Position numbers and translations under genes: made by a program. DNA of 46,594 nucleotides, taken from the NCBI GenBank assembly GCA_002495905.1, contig DAHJ01000034.1, positions 1-46,594 on the forward strand, written 5' to 3'. Below, piece after piece: positions 9,939 to 19,589 of the stretch. Position 1 is the first letter of the stretch. Each line of letters opens with the position of its first letter. The notes beneath the pieces were generated by a model. The model was not told the origin of the DNA. It ran no database searches and saw only the letters and a program-made list of their open reading frames with translations. The DNA is from Thaumarchaeota archaeon UBA223. GTDB lineage: Archaea > Thermoproteota > Nitrososphaeria > Nitrososphaerales > UBA57.

Positions 9939-10442
9939 TCAATCCGATACAGGATAAACTATTTCTCCACCTGCAGGTGAAGGATAAGGTTGTCTTTTGG
10001 TCTTTGATCCTTTAGAAGACCAGAAGATTTCAGAAATTTTACGGACAGATTCAAGTAATTCTTCAGCAGCTTCAAGACTTACTTGTTGTCTTGTTTTTGA
10101 TGCACTTTTCATAGATTTCCAAAATAAATCATGTAATTCTGGATATTTTTCTAGATGTTCTGGTTTGAAATAATCAGCCCAAATTATTCGAAGTTCGTTC
10201 TTAACACTTTCGGCATGAGTTTCTTTTACTTCTATATATCGGCTAAATTTGGCTAAACTTTCAGGATCTTCAACTTTTCCTAGATCTTTAATAAGTTGAT
10301 TCATTCGAACAACGGTTAATGCGTCCAATTGTGCAGTATGTGGGTCATATATTCCACAAGGTATATCACAATGCGCAAATGCATAACTAGAAGGATAAAA
10401 AACATCAAGTAATTTATTTTTTATAGTACTCATATTCATCAT
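9939..10442 (-). CDS. sodN: Nickel superoxide dismutase precursor
   Basis: Ni-hook HCDIPCGIYDP after a short pro-peptide ending AFA; KETHAE, WADYFKPEHLEKYP. Start may be 10433, 10439 or 10442. Confidence 0.95.
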   Translation of the reverse strand: MMNMSTIKNKLLDVFYPSSYAFAHCDIPCGIYDPHTAQLDALTVVRMNQLIKDLGKVEDPESLAKFSRYIEVKETHAESVKNELRIIWADYFKPEHLEKYPELHDLFWKSMKSASKTRQQVSLEAAEELLESVRKISEIFWSSKGSKTKRQPYPSPAGGEIVYPVSD

Positions 10443-10478
10443 AAATTATTCGACATACATACTTTAAAATTTAACTAT

Positions 10479-10934
10479 ATGGATGAAAGAATTATTGAGA
10501 GAATCAATATGATATATAATAGAATTCTTCAGCCTATTTATTATATTAGTGCAAAAAGATTCACAATAATAGGTCATAGTATGGAGCCAGTAATCAAGGA
10601 AGGTGAACAGATATTCATATCAAATATGTATTACAAATTGAATAAAGTAAAAAGAAACGACATAATTGGATTACACAATAATCAAAAAATCGAGATAAAG
10701 AGAATAATAGGTATGCCAGAAGATAGGCTATCAATAAATCAATCTTCGATAATGTTAAATGGAAATGAAATAATCAATGCAAGCAATAATCAACAAGAGT
10801 TAAAGAATAAAGAAATAATAATAAAAAATGAAGAATTCTTTGTTATGGGAGATAATTATTCTAAAAGTATAGATTCAAGAAACTATGGATCAATAAAGAA
10901 AAATCAAATAATAGGAAAAGTATTAGATAAATAG
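10479..10934 (+). CDS. sodX: S26 peptidase, probable NiSOD maturation protease
   Basis: GHSMEP (Ser), IKRIIG (Lys), GDN...SIDSRNYG; no clear TM anchor; divergent from sodN. Confidence 0.78.
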   Translation: MDERIIERINMIYNRILQPIYYISAKRFTIIGHSMEPVIKEGEQIFISNMYYKLNKVKRNDIIGLHNNQKIEIKRIIGMPEDRLSINQSSIMLNGNEIINASNNQQELKNKEIIIKNEEFFVMGDNYSKSIDSRNYGSIKKNQIIGKVLDK

Positions 10935-10936
10935 AA

Positions 10937-11752
10937 TTGGAGAAAAAAATATCCCATACACTAAAACGAGGAAAAGACCACAAAATAGTAATGCCAGTAC
11001 TAGGACTGGGAGTATGGGGAACGCCTAAAGACAAAACAGAGAAAATTGTTACAACTGCAATTAATTATGGGTATAAACACATTGATACAGCGCAAATTTA
11101 TGGTAATGAGAGAGAAGTGGGAAAAGCAACAAAAGGTATGGAAGAGATTTTTATTACTACAAAATTATGGGAGAATAATTTTGGGTATGAAAAAGCAATA
11201 AAAACATGTGAAGAGAGTTTATCAAAACTAAATAGAATTGATTTATTTTTAATGCATTCGCCTCATGGTATTGATAATAGAAAAGAAACATGGGAAGCAA
11301 TGCAATATTTGTTAAAGAACAAATATGTAAATGCAATCGGAGTATCAAATTTTGGTGTACATCATATTAAAGAAATATTTTCATGGGCAGATATTGGACC
11401 GTGTATAAATCAAATAGAATTATCTCCATTTCTACAAAGACAAGAATTAGTAAATTTCTGTATTGATAATAAAATAACTACAACAGCATATAGTCCTTTA
11501 ACTCACGGAATTAGAATTGAGGACAAACGTTTGATAGAAATAGGAAAAGTGTATAAGAAGTCTTCAGCACAGATATTAATTAAGTGGAGTTTACAGAAAG
11601 GAAATATAGTAATTCCAAAATCAACCAATAAAGAAAGAATAAAAGAAAATATAGAAATATTTGATTTTACAATTGAACAAGAACATATGAAAATTTTGGA
11701 TGCATTAGAAGAAGGGTTTGTAACTTGTTGGGATCCAACAGTAGACCCATAG
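10937..11752 (+). CDS. Aldo/keto reductase
   Basis: MPVLGLG, HIDTAQIYGNE, FITTKLW, IGVSNF, AYSPL, IPKS; TTG start. Confidence 0.93.
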   Translation: MEKKISHTLKRGKDHKIVMPVLGLGVWGTPKDKTEKIVTTAINYGYKHIDTAQIYGNEREVGKATKGMEEIFITTKLWENNFGYEKAIKTCEESLSKLNRIDLFLMHSPHGIDNRKETWEAMQYLLKNKYVNAIGVSNFGVHHIKEIFSWADIGPCINQIELSPFLQRQELVNFCIDNKITTTAYSPLTHGIRIEDKRLIEIGKVYKKSSAQILIKWSLQKGNIVIPKSTNKERIKENIEIFDFTIEQEHMKILDALEEGFVTCWDPTVDP

Positions 11753-11811
11753 TATTTTAAAAATAATATATCCAGCACATTTAATATTGTTATGTTTACA
11801 ATGAATTCTAT

Positions 11812-11896
11812 GCGGGGGTCGCCCAGCCCGGTCAACGGCGTTAGGTTGAGGGCCTAATCTCTCAGGAGTTCATGGGTTCAAATCCCATCTCCCGCA
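11812..11896 (+). tRNA. tRNA-Leu(GAG), intronless
   Basis: Acceptor GCGGGGG/CTCCCGC, anticodon arm TTAGG-TTGAGGG-CCTAA, long variable arm, T arm ATGGG-TTCAAAT-CCCAT, discriminator A; CCA not encoded. Confidence 0.95.
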
Positions 11897-11958
11897 TTAT
11901 CATAGAGATAACACAGATAACAGAACATTTATTCTAGTATCTACATATTCAGGGCATA

Positions 11959-13212
11959 TTGAAAATAGAAGATATTGCAGGCTATTCGACTAGAGCAATC
12001 AAAGAAAGGTATCTAAGATCAGCTCTTACGATTTTAATGGTATTGCTTGGGGCAATGTTGCTTACAGGATTAAATGGACTTGGAGAAGGATTCAACTACA
12101 ATATTACGAAACAATTTGAAGGATTAGCCCCAGATGTAATAACATTAACCCCATCTCCTGTAATTAGTGGACCAGGAGATGATCCAGATGAACCAGACCC
12201 TGCACCTCCTGTTGAACTAAATTTGCAAACATTGAAGAGTGTAGAAAGGCTAGACGGGGTGGAAGAAGCAATACCGAGTTTTAGGTCAGGTTTACAAATA
12301 GAATACAATGGAAAATCCCAAACTACTTCATTCATTGGAATTGATCCACAGAAGTTAATTTATGTCTTGCCGGGATTGGAATTTGTAGAAGGAGACTTTA
12401 CTGATCCAAGTGATTCAACAGGAATATTATTAGGATTTACTGTAGCATATCCCGGAGGTTTAGAAGCAGAACCATTTGCTGAAGTAGGGAATTTAGTCTG
12501 TGCAAAGACAGGTAAACAGGAAATTGTAGGTGGTGTAGAACAAGTAGTAATAGATAAGAAATGTTTTGTAGTACGAGGTGTTCTTGAAGAAACAGGAACC
12601 GTATTCTATGATCAATCTATATCAGTGCCATTAGTAGCAGCAAATAATTTCTTAGAAAAGAAAAATATATATGATCAAATTTTCGTAGTTGTTAATCCAG
12701 AAGTTGGAAACGATAAAGTAACTGACGAGATAAGAGATGTTTATGGAGAAGGAATAGGAATAACAACACCTGCGCAGCTTCAAGAAACAATTCAAGGATT
12801 TGTAGGTAGTTTTAATATTTTCCTAAGTAGTATAGGATTTATATCATTAATCGTAGGAGGTGTTGGAATTATTACAACGCTTTACACATCAGTAACAGAA
12901 AGGACAAAAGAATTGGGAACGTTAAAGGCATTAGGAGCAACTAATGCAAATATCGTGCTGTTAATCCTATTTGAAGCAATAGTAATTGGTGTAGTTGGAG
13001 CCTCAGCAGGTCTAATGGCAGGATATGGATTAGGCTGGGTATTAACACAATATGGATTTGGTGCTCAATTTGGAGACCTTGTTCCGATATTTTTGGTTCC
13101 AGCATTGGTAAATGTATGGCTAACTGCAGTAATATTGAGTATACTTGCAGGCGCATATCCAGCTTGGAGAGCATCAAAGATGACTCCGATGGCCGCACTT
13201 AGAAGAGATTAG
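11959..13212 (+). CDS. MacB/FtsX/LolE-type ABC permease
   Basis: RSALTIL TM1, large extracellular domain, SVTERTKELGTLKALGA, YPAWRASKMTPMAALR. Confidence 0.92.
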   Translation: MKIEDIAGYSTRAIKERYLRSALTILMVLLGAMLLTGLNGLGEGFNYNITKQFEGLAPDVITLTPSPVISGPGDDPDEPDPAPPVELNLQTLKSVERLDGVEEAIPSFRSGLQIEYNGKSQTTSFIGIDPQKLIYVLPGLEFVEGDFTDPSDSTGILLGFTVAYPGGLEAEPFAEVGNLVCAKTGKQEIVGGVEQVVIDKKCFVVRGVLEETGTVFYDQSISVPLVAANNFLEKKNIYDQIFVVVNPEVGNDKVTDEIRDVYGEGIGITTPAQLQETIQGFVGSFNIFLSSIGFISLIVGGVGIITTLYTSVTERTKELGTLKALGATNANIVLLILFEAIVIGVVGASAGLMAGYGLGWVLTQYGFGAQFGDLVPIFLVPALVNVWLTAVILSILAGAYPAWRASKMTPMAALRRD

Positions 13213-15236
13213 TTCTTGAATGATTTCAATAGATTCTTAAAATTTTTCTTAACTGATTTATTCAGAGTTGGGGATTCAGAAACAAATGCTATAGAAATGA
13301 GAACAATTAACAACAATACAATAAGAATTGTTGATGAAGAGAATAAGACCTTAATTGTTTCATAGGAAGAAGAATCATTAGATACATTACCAGAATAGGA
13401 TCGTGAAAGACCAAATTTTGATACTTGAATATTGTATTCGCCATTTGGTACAAGATTGAAGATTACTTCTCCACTATCATCAGTTTGTTTCATAATTTTT
13501 AGTCCATTAGGCATAGTAAGTAATACATCTGCATCAGAAACAGAGAAGCCAACCTGGTCTTTGACATTGAATGTTAGATCGTGTAATGATAGAGGAATAA
13601 TCCAAGATTGTCCAGCTGTTGGGTTGAAATTACGAGAAGAGATAGGAGAAAATGACAGACCTTGGTAATCTATATTTTTAATTGTATAAGTTCCGTCAGC
13701 CAACCATATGTTTGAATAAGATGTAAGTGAGGATATAGTTCCATCAGGATTAATTATTTCAATATTTGAAGGAAGATCTTCAAGGATTGTATTTTGATTT
13801 GCGTCAGTAAAGAGTAAGGAAACTAGTGATTCATGAACATAGTTAATATTAAACACTACAGGATTGTCAACGGGATTAATTATCAAGTCTTTACTAATCC
13901 ATTTTTCACCAGATTTTCCTGAGATTTGTTGTTCAATATTTATTGAAGTAACGGAATCAATCCAATTAGACCAAATAGAAGATGAACTTTCAATGTAGGT
14001 TTGACCCTGCGATGTATATGTAATAGAAGCAGGATAATTAGAATTTAATCCACTAGTAATAATAGTAGGCTTTACTTGTTCTTGATAGATGATTTCAATA
14101 GGAGATGCAGAATTTATTGTGAGTAAATTGGAGTCTAGAATCCATCGGTGAAGAGGTTTAGGAGAGATTATTTGTGGAATTGAGATATCTGAATCGTCGT
14201 CAATCCATAAACTTAGTTTGTCATTTATAACGTGATTTTCTAGGTTGCCAAGGAATGAGGTCGAAATTGGAACATCGACATTAGTATTTTGACTAATAGA
14301 CACTAGCCATTGATGGGTATAATCAATTAGATGATTAACAGGTTGATTAACTTGTATTACAACATCATCAGTTGTAATATAACGTTCACTTGGACTTTGT
14401 TCGATAACACGAGGAAGAACTAAAGAACGTCCATCATCAACCCAATCACTCCAAGAATCTTGTATTTCAGTTTCAGTTACTTTGCCACCACTAGTAAAAG
14501 AAAAATCAATTGGAGAATCAAGACCTAATAAACTAATAGTAGAAAGAAATTGTCGGAAATAAGTAACTTCAAGCACTTCATATTGAACCACAGTCCATTG
14601 TCCATCATTGTTTGCACGAAAACGTTCTGACGAATCTATAGGAATAATTTTTTCTACTTTGAAAGTGCTGCCATCATCAGCCCACATAAACCATTGGTCA
14701 GATGTTTCTTGTGTATACGTTTTACCAAGAAAATCCCATGTAACAGTTGTTGGATATGTATCTTCCAATCCATCAACAGAAAGATCCATAAAATGAGTTG
14801 TGCCAAGATAATCAAGTGGAATATTAGATTCAAGACTGTAAGTTGTTTGTTCTGCAGACATTACATTAAAAGCTAGAATTGACATCGTATAGACGCCAGG
14901 AGGAACATTTGGAAAAGCAACTAATATAGTATTAGAATACCAATAATTTCTACCCGATGCTACAGGTTGAAAATTTGTTTCAGGATCATAAATTTCAGAG
15001 ATGTCGTTTTCATAAAGAAGTAATCCCATATCGTCAACAGCAACTGGATGAGAAAAGAATATTTCCATAGATTGATTAAATTGAGTGATTTCAATTGTGT
15101 ACCAATCAGCTTGCCAAGTTTGTATTGGACGTGATATGGTAACAAGAGGTCCCATCTGTCCAAAAGCAGGAGAGACTAATGGGGATACAAATAATATAAT
15201 TGTAAAAATTAATGCAAATGCAATTAAATTCTTCAT
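13209..15236 (-). CDS. Membrane-anchored surface protein: PPC-like N-domain, about four 80-aa repeats, carboxypeptidase-regulatory-like domain, C-terminal TM
   Basis: Signal peptide; ADWYTIEI...PGVYTMSI; repeats WADDGS/WVDDGR/WIDDDS/WIDSVT; QTDDSGEVIFNLVPNGEYNIQV; hydrophobic C-terminus plus basic tail. Confidence 0.7.
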   Translation of the reverse strand: MKNLIAFALIFTIILFVSPLVSPAFGQMGPLVTISRPIQTWQADWYTIEITQFNQSMEIFFSHPVAVDDMGLLLYENDISEIYDPETNFQPVASGRNYWYSNTILVAFPNVPPGVYTMSILAFNVMSAEQTTYSLESNIPLDYLGTTHFMDLSVDGLEDTYPTTVTWDFLGKTYTQETSDQWFMWADDGSTFKVEKIIPIDSSERFRANNDGQWTVVQYEVLEVTYFRQFLSTISLLGLDSPIDFSFTSGGKVTETEIQDSWSDWVDDGRSLVLPRVIEQSPSERYITTDDVVIQVNQPVNHLIDYTHQWLVSISQNTNVDVPISTSFLGNLENHVINDKLSLWIDDDSDISIPQIISPKPLHRWILDSNLLTINSASPIEIIYQEQVKPTIITSGLNSNYPASITYTSQGQTYIESSSSIWSNWIDSVTSINIEQQISGKSGEKWISKDLIINPVDNPVVFNINYVHESLVSLLFTDANQNTILEDLPSNIEIINPDGTISSLTSYSNIWLADGTYTIKNIDYQGLSFSPISSRNFNPTAGQSWIIPLSLHDLTFNVKDQVGFSVSDADVLLTMPNGLKIMKQTDDSGEVIFNLVPNGEYNIQVSKFGLSRSYSGNVSNDSSSYETIKVLFSSSTILIVLLLIVLISIAFVSESPTLNKSVKKNFKNLLKSFKN

Positions 15237-15296
15237 GACTAATCATACTATAAATTATTATGACATATAACTAATATTGAGGAAAAGGATTTAACC

Positions 15297-17099
15297 TTAC
15301 AAATGACAGGCTACAAAGTGATTTTTCTTGATTTCATTTAGTTTAGGATGTTTTTTACGGCATTTATGAGAAATGTTATTTAGATGATAATCCATTACAC
15401 GATTTGATTTTTTATTATGAAATGTACATTGAGGATGAAAATTTTCCCTAGATATTACTTTTCTCATTTTTGAAAGATTATCAGGGTCAAGTGTAGGTAT
15501 TGCTTCAATAAGAGAACGAGTATAAGGATGTAATGGATTTTTTACTATTTCATTAGATTTACCAAGTTCGACAATACGGCCGAAAAACATTACAGCAATA
15601 CGATCGGAGAATTGCCTTGCAGTAGCAATATCATGAGTAATATAGAGAAAACTTAGATTCTTGGTAAATTGAAGATTATTTAACAAACCTAGTATTTCTA
15701 AACGACTTGATGCGTCAATCATAGAAACTGGTTCATCTGCTACAATAAATTTGGAATCCAATATAAGTGCTCTAGCAATTCCAACACGTTGCCTTTGACC
15801 ACCTGAAAGCATGTGTGGATATTTATTCAAGTAATCTTTAGTTGGAGTGAGATTGACATCTTTAAGAACTAGATTAATTTTTTCCAAGTGAAGACTCTTA
15901 TCAATATTATGAATAATCAAAGGTTCTTCAAGAATCTGATAGATTGTCATAAAGGAATTAATAGATGAATATGGATCTTGGAAGATTGCTTGTGCCTTTT
16001 TCCTAAACGAGAAATCATCAGAGTTATTGAGAAATGAGCCTTGGAATTTTACTCTGCCAGTAACAGGTTCGATAAGATTTAATGCAACACGTCCAAGAGT
16101 AGTTTTTCCACTACCGGACTCGCCAACTAAGGCCAATGTTTCTCCTTGATTAATTTTAAGAGAAACATCTGAAACAGCAGTAAATGGTTCAGAAGACAAC
16201 AATCCCTTTCGTACTATAAAATCAACTTTAATATTTTTGAAATCAAGAATTTCTTTTTTAGTAGAAGATATTTTTCGAGTAGTTGAGACAGATAATGATG
16301 GAACACTTTGGATTAACTGTTTAGTAAAATTATGTTGTGGATTATTTAGAACGTTAACAAGTGAATCATATTCAATAAATTTTCCATCTTTCATAACTGC
16401 AAGATTGTCACATAAATCACTTGTAAGTGCAATATCATGCGTGATAAAGATCATAGAGATGCCTTGAAGTTTAAGTGATTTAAGAAGGTTCATAATTTGT
16501 GCTTGAACACTAACATCAAGTGCAGAGGTAGGTTCGTCGAGAATAATTAAACCAGGATGATGAATCATAGACATAGCGATAATAACACGTTGTTTCATAC
16601 CGCCGCTTAGTTCATGTGGATATTTAGAGTAAGTTTCCTTTGACAATCCAACTAGATCAAGTAATTCAAGAGCAGATTTCTTTGCAATTGATTTGGATTC
16701 GCCTGTATTTACAAGTGGTTCAATTATTTGATCCCCAATTCGTAAAACAGGATTGAGGGAATTCATAGCTCCTTGAAAGACCATAGAGATTTGTTTCCAT
16801 TTTATTGTTTTTCGAAATGTGTCGTCAGAAAGTTTATTAATTTTTTTATCATTAAGAGTAATGTTTCCATTAAGTTTAGAAACATTCCTAGGCAATAATC
16901 GAATTAAAGATAAAGCAATTGTTGTCTTACCACAACCAGATTCACCGACAATTCCCAGAGCTTCTCCAGGTTTAATTTGAAATGAAACATTGTTTACTGC
17001 ATTTATAGAACCTTTTGCAACTTTGTAATTAACATTAAGATTTTTAACAACTAGACTGTATTTTTTTGTTTTATTTGTTTTCTTAGACATAAAATTCAC
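15297..17099 (-). CDS. Fused double-domain oligopeptide/dipeptide ABC ATPase (OppD-OppF type)
   Basis: Two NBDs: GESGCGKT/LSGGMKQR/DEPT and GESGSGKT/LSGGQRQR/DEPV; HPYT and VACH at the C-terminus. Confidence 0.93.
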   Translation of the reverse strand: MNFMSKKTNKTKKYSLVVKNLNVNYKVAKGSINAVNNVSFQIKPGEALGIVGESGCGKTTIALSLIRLLPRNVSKLNGNITLNDKKINKLSDDTFRKTIKWKQISMVFQGAMNSLNPVLRIGDQIIEPLVNTGESKSIAKKSALELLDLVGLSKETYSKYPHELSGGMKQRVIIAMSMIHHPGLIILDEPTSALDVSVQAQIMNLLKSLKLQGISMIFITHDIALTSDLCDNLAVMKDGKFIEYDSLVNVLNNPQHNFTKQLIQSVPSLSVSTTRKISSTKKEILDFKNIKVDFIVRKGLLSSEPFTAVSDVSLKINQGETLALVGESGSGKTTLGRVALNLIEPVTGRVKFQGSFLNNSDDFSFRKKAQAIFQDPYSSINSFMTIYQILEEPLIIHNIDKSLHLEKINLVLKDVNLTPTKDYLNKYPHMLSGGQRQRVGIARALILDSKFIVADEPVSMIDASSRLEILGLLNNLQFTKNLSFLYITHDIATARQFSDRIAVMFFGRIVELGKSNEIVKNPLHPYTRSLIEAIPTLDPDNLSKMRKVISRENFHPQCTFHNKKSNRVMDYHLNNISHKCRKKHPKLNEIKKNHFVACHL

Positions 17100-18520
17100 A
17101 TCTTTTTGAGTTTAGGGTTTACAACAGGTTCTAAGGCAAGTGCAATGAAAACAAAGATCATTGCAGTAATAACAATCAATAATCCAGGAGGAAGGATCCA
17201 CCACCAATAACCAATGTACACACCACCTGTTCGAAAACCATTTTCAAGAATTTGTCCCCATGTAGGAATGGAAGGATCGCCCAAACCAAGAAAACTTAAA
17301 GAAGCTTCAGCTAGAATTGCTGCAGGTGTGAAGAATACCAATTGAGCAAAGATAAAAGGTGCAAGTTGTGGAAAGATATGTCTATACATTATACGCCATT
17401 TAGATGCGCCTAATGATTTAGCTGCTTCAATAGATTGACTTGAATTAATTTGTAAGACCATGGATCGAATGATAATTGTTAATCCAGGCCAACCAAATAA
17501 TACAAGAATAGTCATTACTAGCCACAACTGAGGTCCAAATATAAAGATTAGAAATAGAAGTATAGGTAATAATGGAATATTTGAAAGTGTGTCAGAGAAG
17601 CGTTGAATTATAGTATCAGTACGACCTCCTGTATAACCACTAATTATACCCATAGCAGTTCCAATCATCGTAGTAATAGTGGATGTAGTCAATCCAATTA
17701 ACAAAGCAATAGGAAATCCAAATAACAATCCAACAGAAATATTCCTACCCAAAGAATCAGTTCCAAGTAAACCATATGAAGAACCTCCTAAGACAAACCT
17801 AATTTTAGAAATAGAATCATTTTCACTGTTAGTAACAAATTTAATTAATATTTTATATTCTCCAGTGAGTATCTCTTGAGAATCAGTAGGACTGAAAGCA
17901 GAAAAGATATATTTTTCGTTTGAACCAACAATATCATTCACGGAAATCTGAGAATTAGATTTGTCTTGAACAAATTGTATCAAGTTTGAAGAGACAGATT
18001 TATCTCCGCTTAAATTAATTCGGAAGGGAGAATCTGAATATCTAATATAAGGACCTTCTTCTCCCGGTCGTGGAGGTGAGATTACTTCACGATAAATTAA
18101 GACTTCTTCATTATCAGGTCGTAAAATTGATACAGAAATAGTCGGTGGTCGATCGTGATATACAACGTCGTACATTGATAAAGACAGAAACGTAGGAGAA
18201 ATATTAGAATCATAATTAAATGTATAACTATACAATCGTTGTTCTTGGTTAGAGATTGGAACAATATCTACAGGAGATGTAAAATCAATAATTTGATGTT
18301 CGACATTTTCATTTCCAAATATACTAATCCAGGTAGGAGGAGCAGATTTAGGATAATCAGACCAATAAGCAGGATTACTCCAGATTGTATTACCGAAATT
18401 AAGTGGATAGGTAAAAACAACGAATACAGAAATTAATATGAAAAGAACTAATAAAATTGAACCGATTTTTCCAGAAGTACTGGAGAAGAATTCTTTTAAG
18501 TTGTCTCGATTAGTACTCAT
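17096..18520 (-). CDS. Opp/Dpp ABC permease (OppC type) with a large extracellular insertion
   Basis: LLGTDSLGR, EAAKSLGAS, EASLSFLGLG, PTWG, WWWILPPG. Confidence 0.92.
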   Translation of the reverse strand: MSTNRDNLKEFFSSTSGKIGSILLVLFILISVFVVFTYPLNFGNTIWSNPAYWSDYPKSAPPTWISIFGNENVEHQIIDFTSPVDIVPISNQEQRLYSYTFNYDSNISPTFLSLSMYDVVYHDRPPTISVSILRPDNEEVLIYREVISPPRPGEEGPYIRYSDSPFRINLSGDKSVSSNLIQFVQDKSNSQISVNDIVGSNEKYIFSAFSPTDSQEILTGEYKILIKFVTNSENDSISKIRFVLGGSSYGLLGTDSLGRNISVGLLFGFPIALLIGLTTSTITTMIGTAMGIISGYTGGRTDTIIQRFSDTLSNIPLLPILLFLIFIFGPQLWLVMTILVLFGWPGLTIIIRSMVLQINSSQSIEAAKSLGASKWRIMYRHIFPQLAPFIFAQLVFFTPAAILAEASLSFLGLGDPSIPTWGQILENGFRTGGVYIGYWWWILPPGLLIVITAMIFVFIALALEPVVNPKLKKM

Positions 18521-19566
18521 TTGTATCTCACCCTAGGATCAAGAACAACATATAAGATTTCTAGAATAAAACGTGCAATAACATAAAGAAGTGTGAACAT
18601 AAAGGTAAGAGCTACAATAACTGATTCGTCAGCAGCAAGAATTGCTTCATAATATAATCTACCCATTCCAGGCCAACCAAATACTGTTTCAGTAAGAATT
18701 GCACCGCCCAAAGATCCTGTTAAACCTAAAATTAAACTGGTAACAATTGGAGGAGCAGCAACACGAATAATATGTCGGCGCATAACTAAGTTTTCAGGAA
18801 GACCTTTAGCACGTGCTACATTAACAAAATCTTCTTGTGAGATATTTAAAACCATAGTTCTTACTGCGTAAGACCAAGAACCAACTGAAACAATAACTAA
18901 AGTAAATATCGGCAAGATTGCATGAACAAGCCGATCAAGAAAACGTGCAAATGGTTCAGTTGGAGGCGGTACACTGAACATTCCAGATGATGGTAATATT
19001 CTTAATTGAAATGCAAATAAAATAATAAAAATTATTCCCAACCACCAAGCAGGAAGAGCATAAGAAATTGCAGAGAAATAAGAGACTGAACGTTCTAAAC
19101 GAGAACCAACTTGAGTTGCAATTTTAACACCAACGTAAAGTCCTATTATAGATGTTATAATTGTAGCAGAAGTAATAAGAAGAACAGTATTAGGTAAACG
19201 TTCAAGAACTATATCACTAACTCGATTACTTCCTGTGAAGCTTCTTAATGTTCGTGCTTCACCAAGATCTAGAGTAAGTATACGAAAAACCATATCGGGT
19301 AAACGATAATACCAGGGTCTATCTAAACCATAAAATTCTATTAATTGTTCTCTTCTATCTTCAATAACTTGTTCAAGTTCATTTGGATCACGGATATTTT
19401 GTGACAGAGATTGTCTTAGTCCGCGTAATTCTTCACTCACAGTAGCAGTGAGTAAACGGTCAGAATATCCTGTAGCGCCAAGTACAATTACCGAAAGAAA
19501 TAGTACTGTGATTAATACAACGAGTAATGATAAACCACGAACAATTAATGTTTGAAGAAGAGACAT
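18517..19566 (-). CDS. Opp/Dpp ABC permease (OppB type)
   Basis: YGLDRP, RLPNT, EDFVNVARAKGL, TETVFGWPGMG, LDPRVR. Confidence 0.93.
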   Translation of the reverse strand: MSLLQTLIVRGLSLLVVLITVLFLSVIVLGATGYSDRLLTATVSEELRGLRQSLSQNIRDPNELEQVIEDRREQLIEFYGLDRPWYYRLPDMVFRILTLDLGEARTLRSFTGSNRVSDIVLERLPNTVLLITSATIITSIIGLYVGVKIATQVGSRLERSVSYFSAISYALPAWWLGIIFIILFAFQLRILPSSGMFSVPPPTEPFARFLDRLVHAILPIFTLVIVSVGSWSYAVRTMVLNISQEDFVNVARAKGLPENLVMRRHIIRVAAPPIVTSLILGLTGSLGGAILTETVFGWPGMGRLYYEAILAADESVIVALTFMFTLLYVIARFILEILYVVLDPRVRYK

Positions 19567-19589
19567 ATACGTTGTTAAGTCTTTTAATT

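Noticed and set aside
11503-11835. 110-aa minus-strand ORF
   Set aside because: Overlaps tRNA-Leu and the reductase gene antisense; no motifs.
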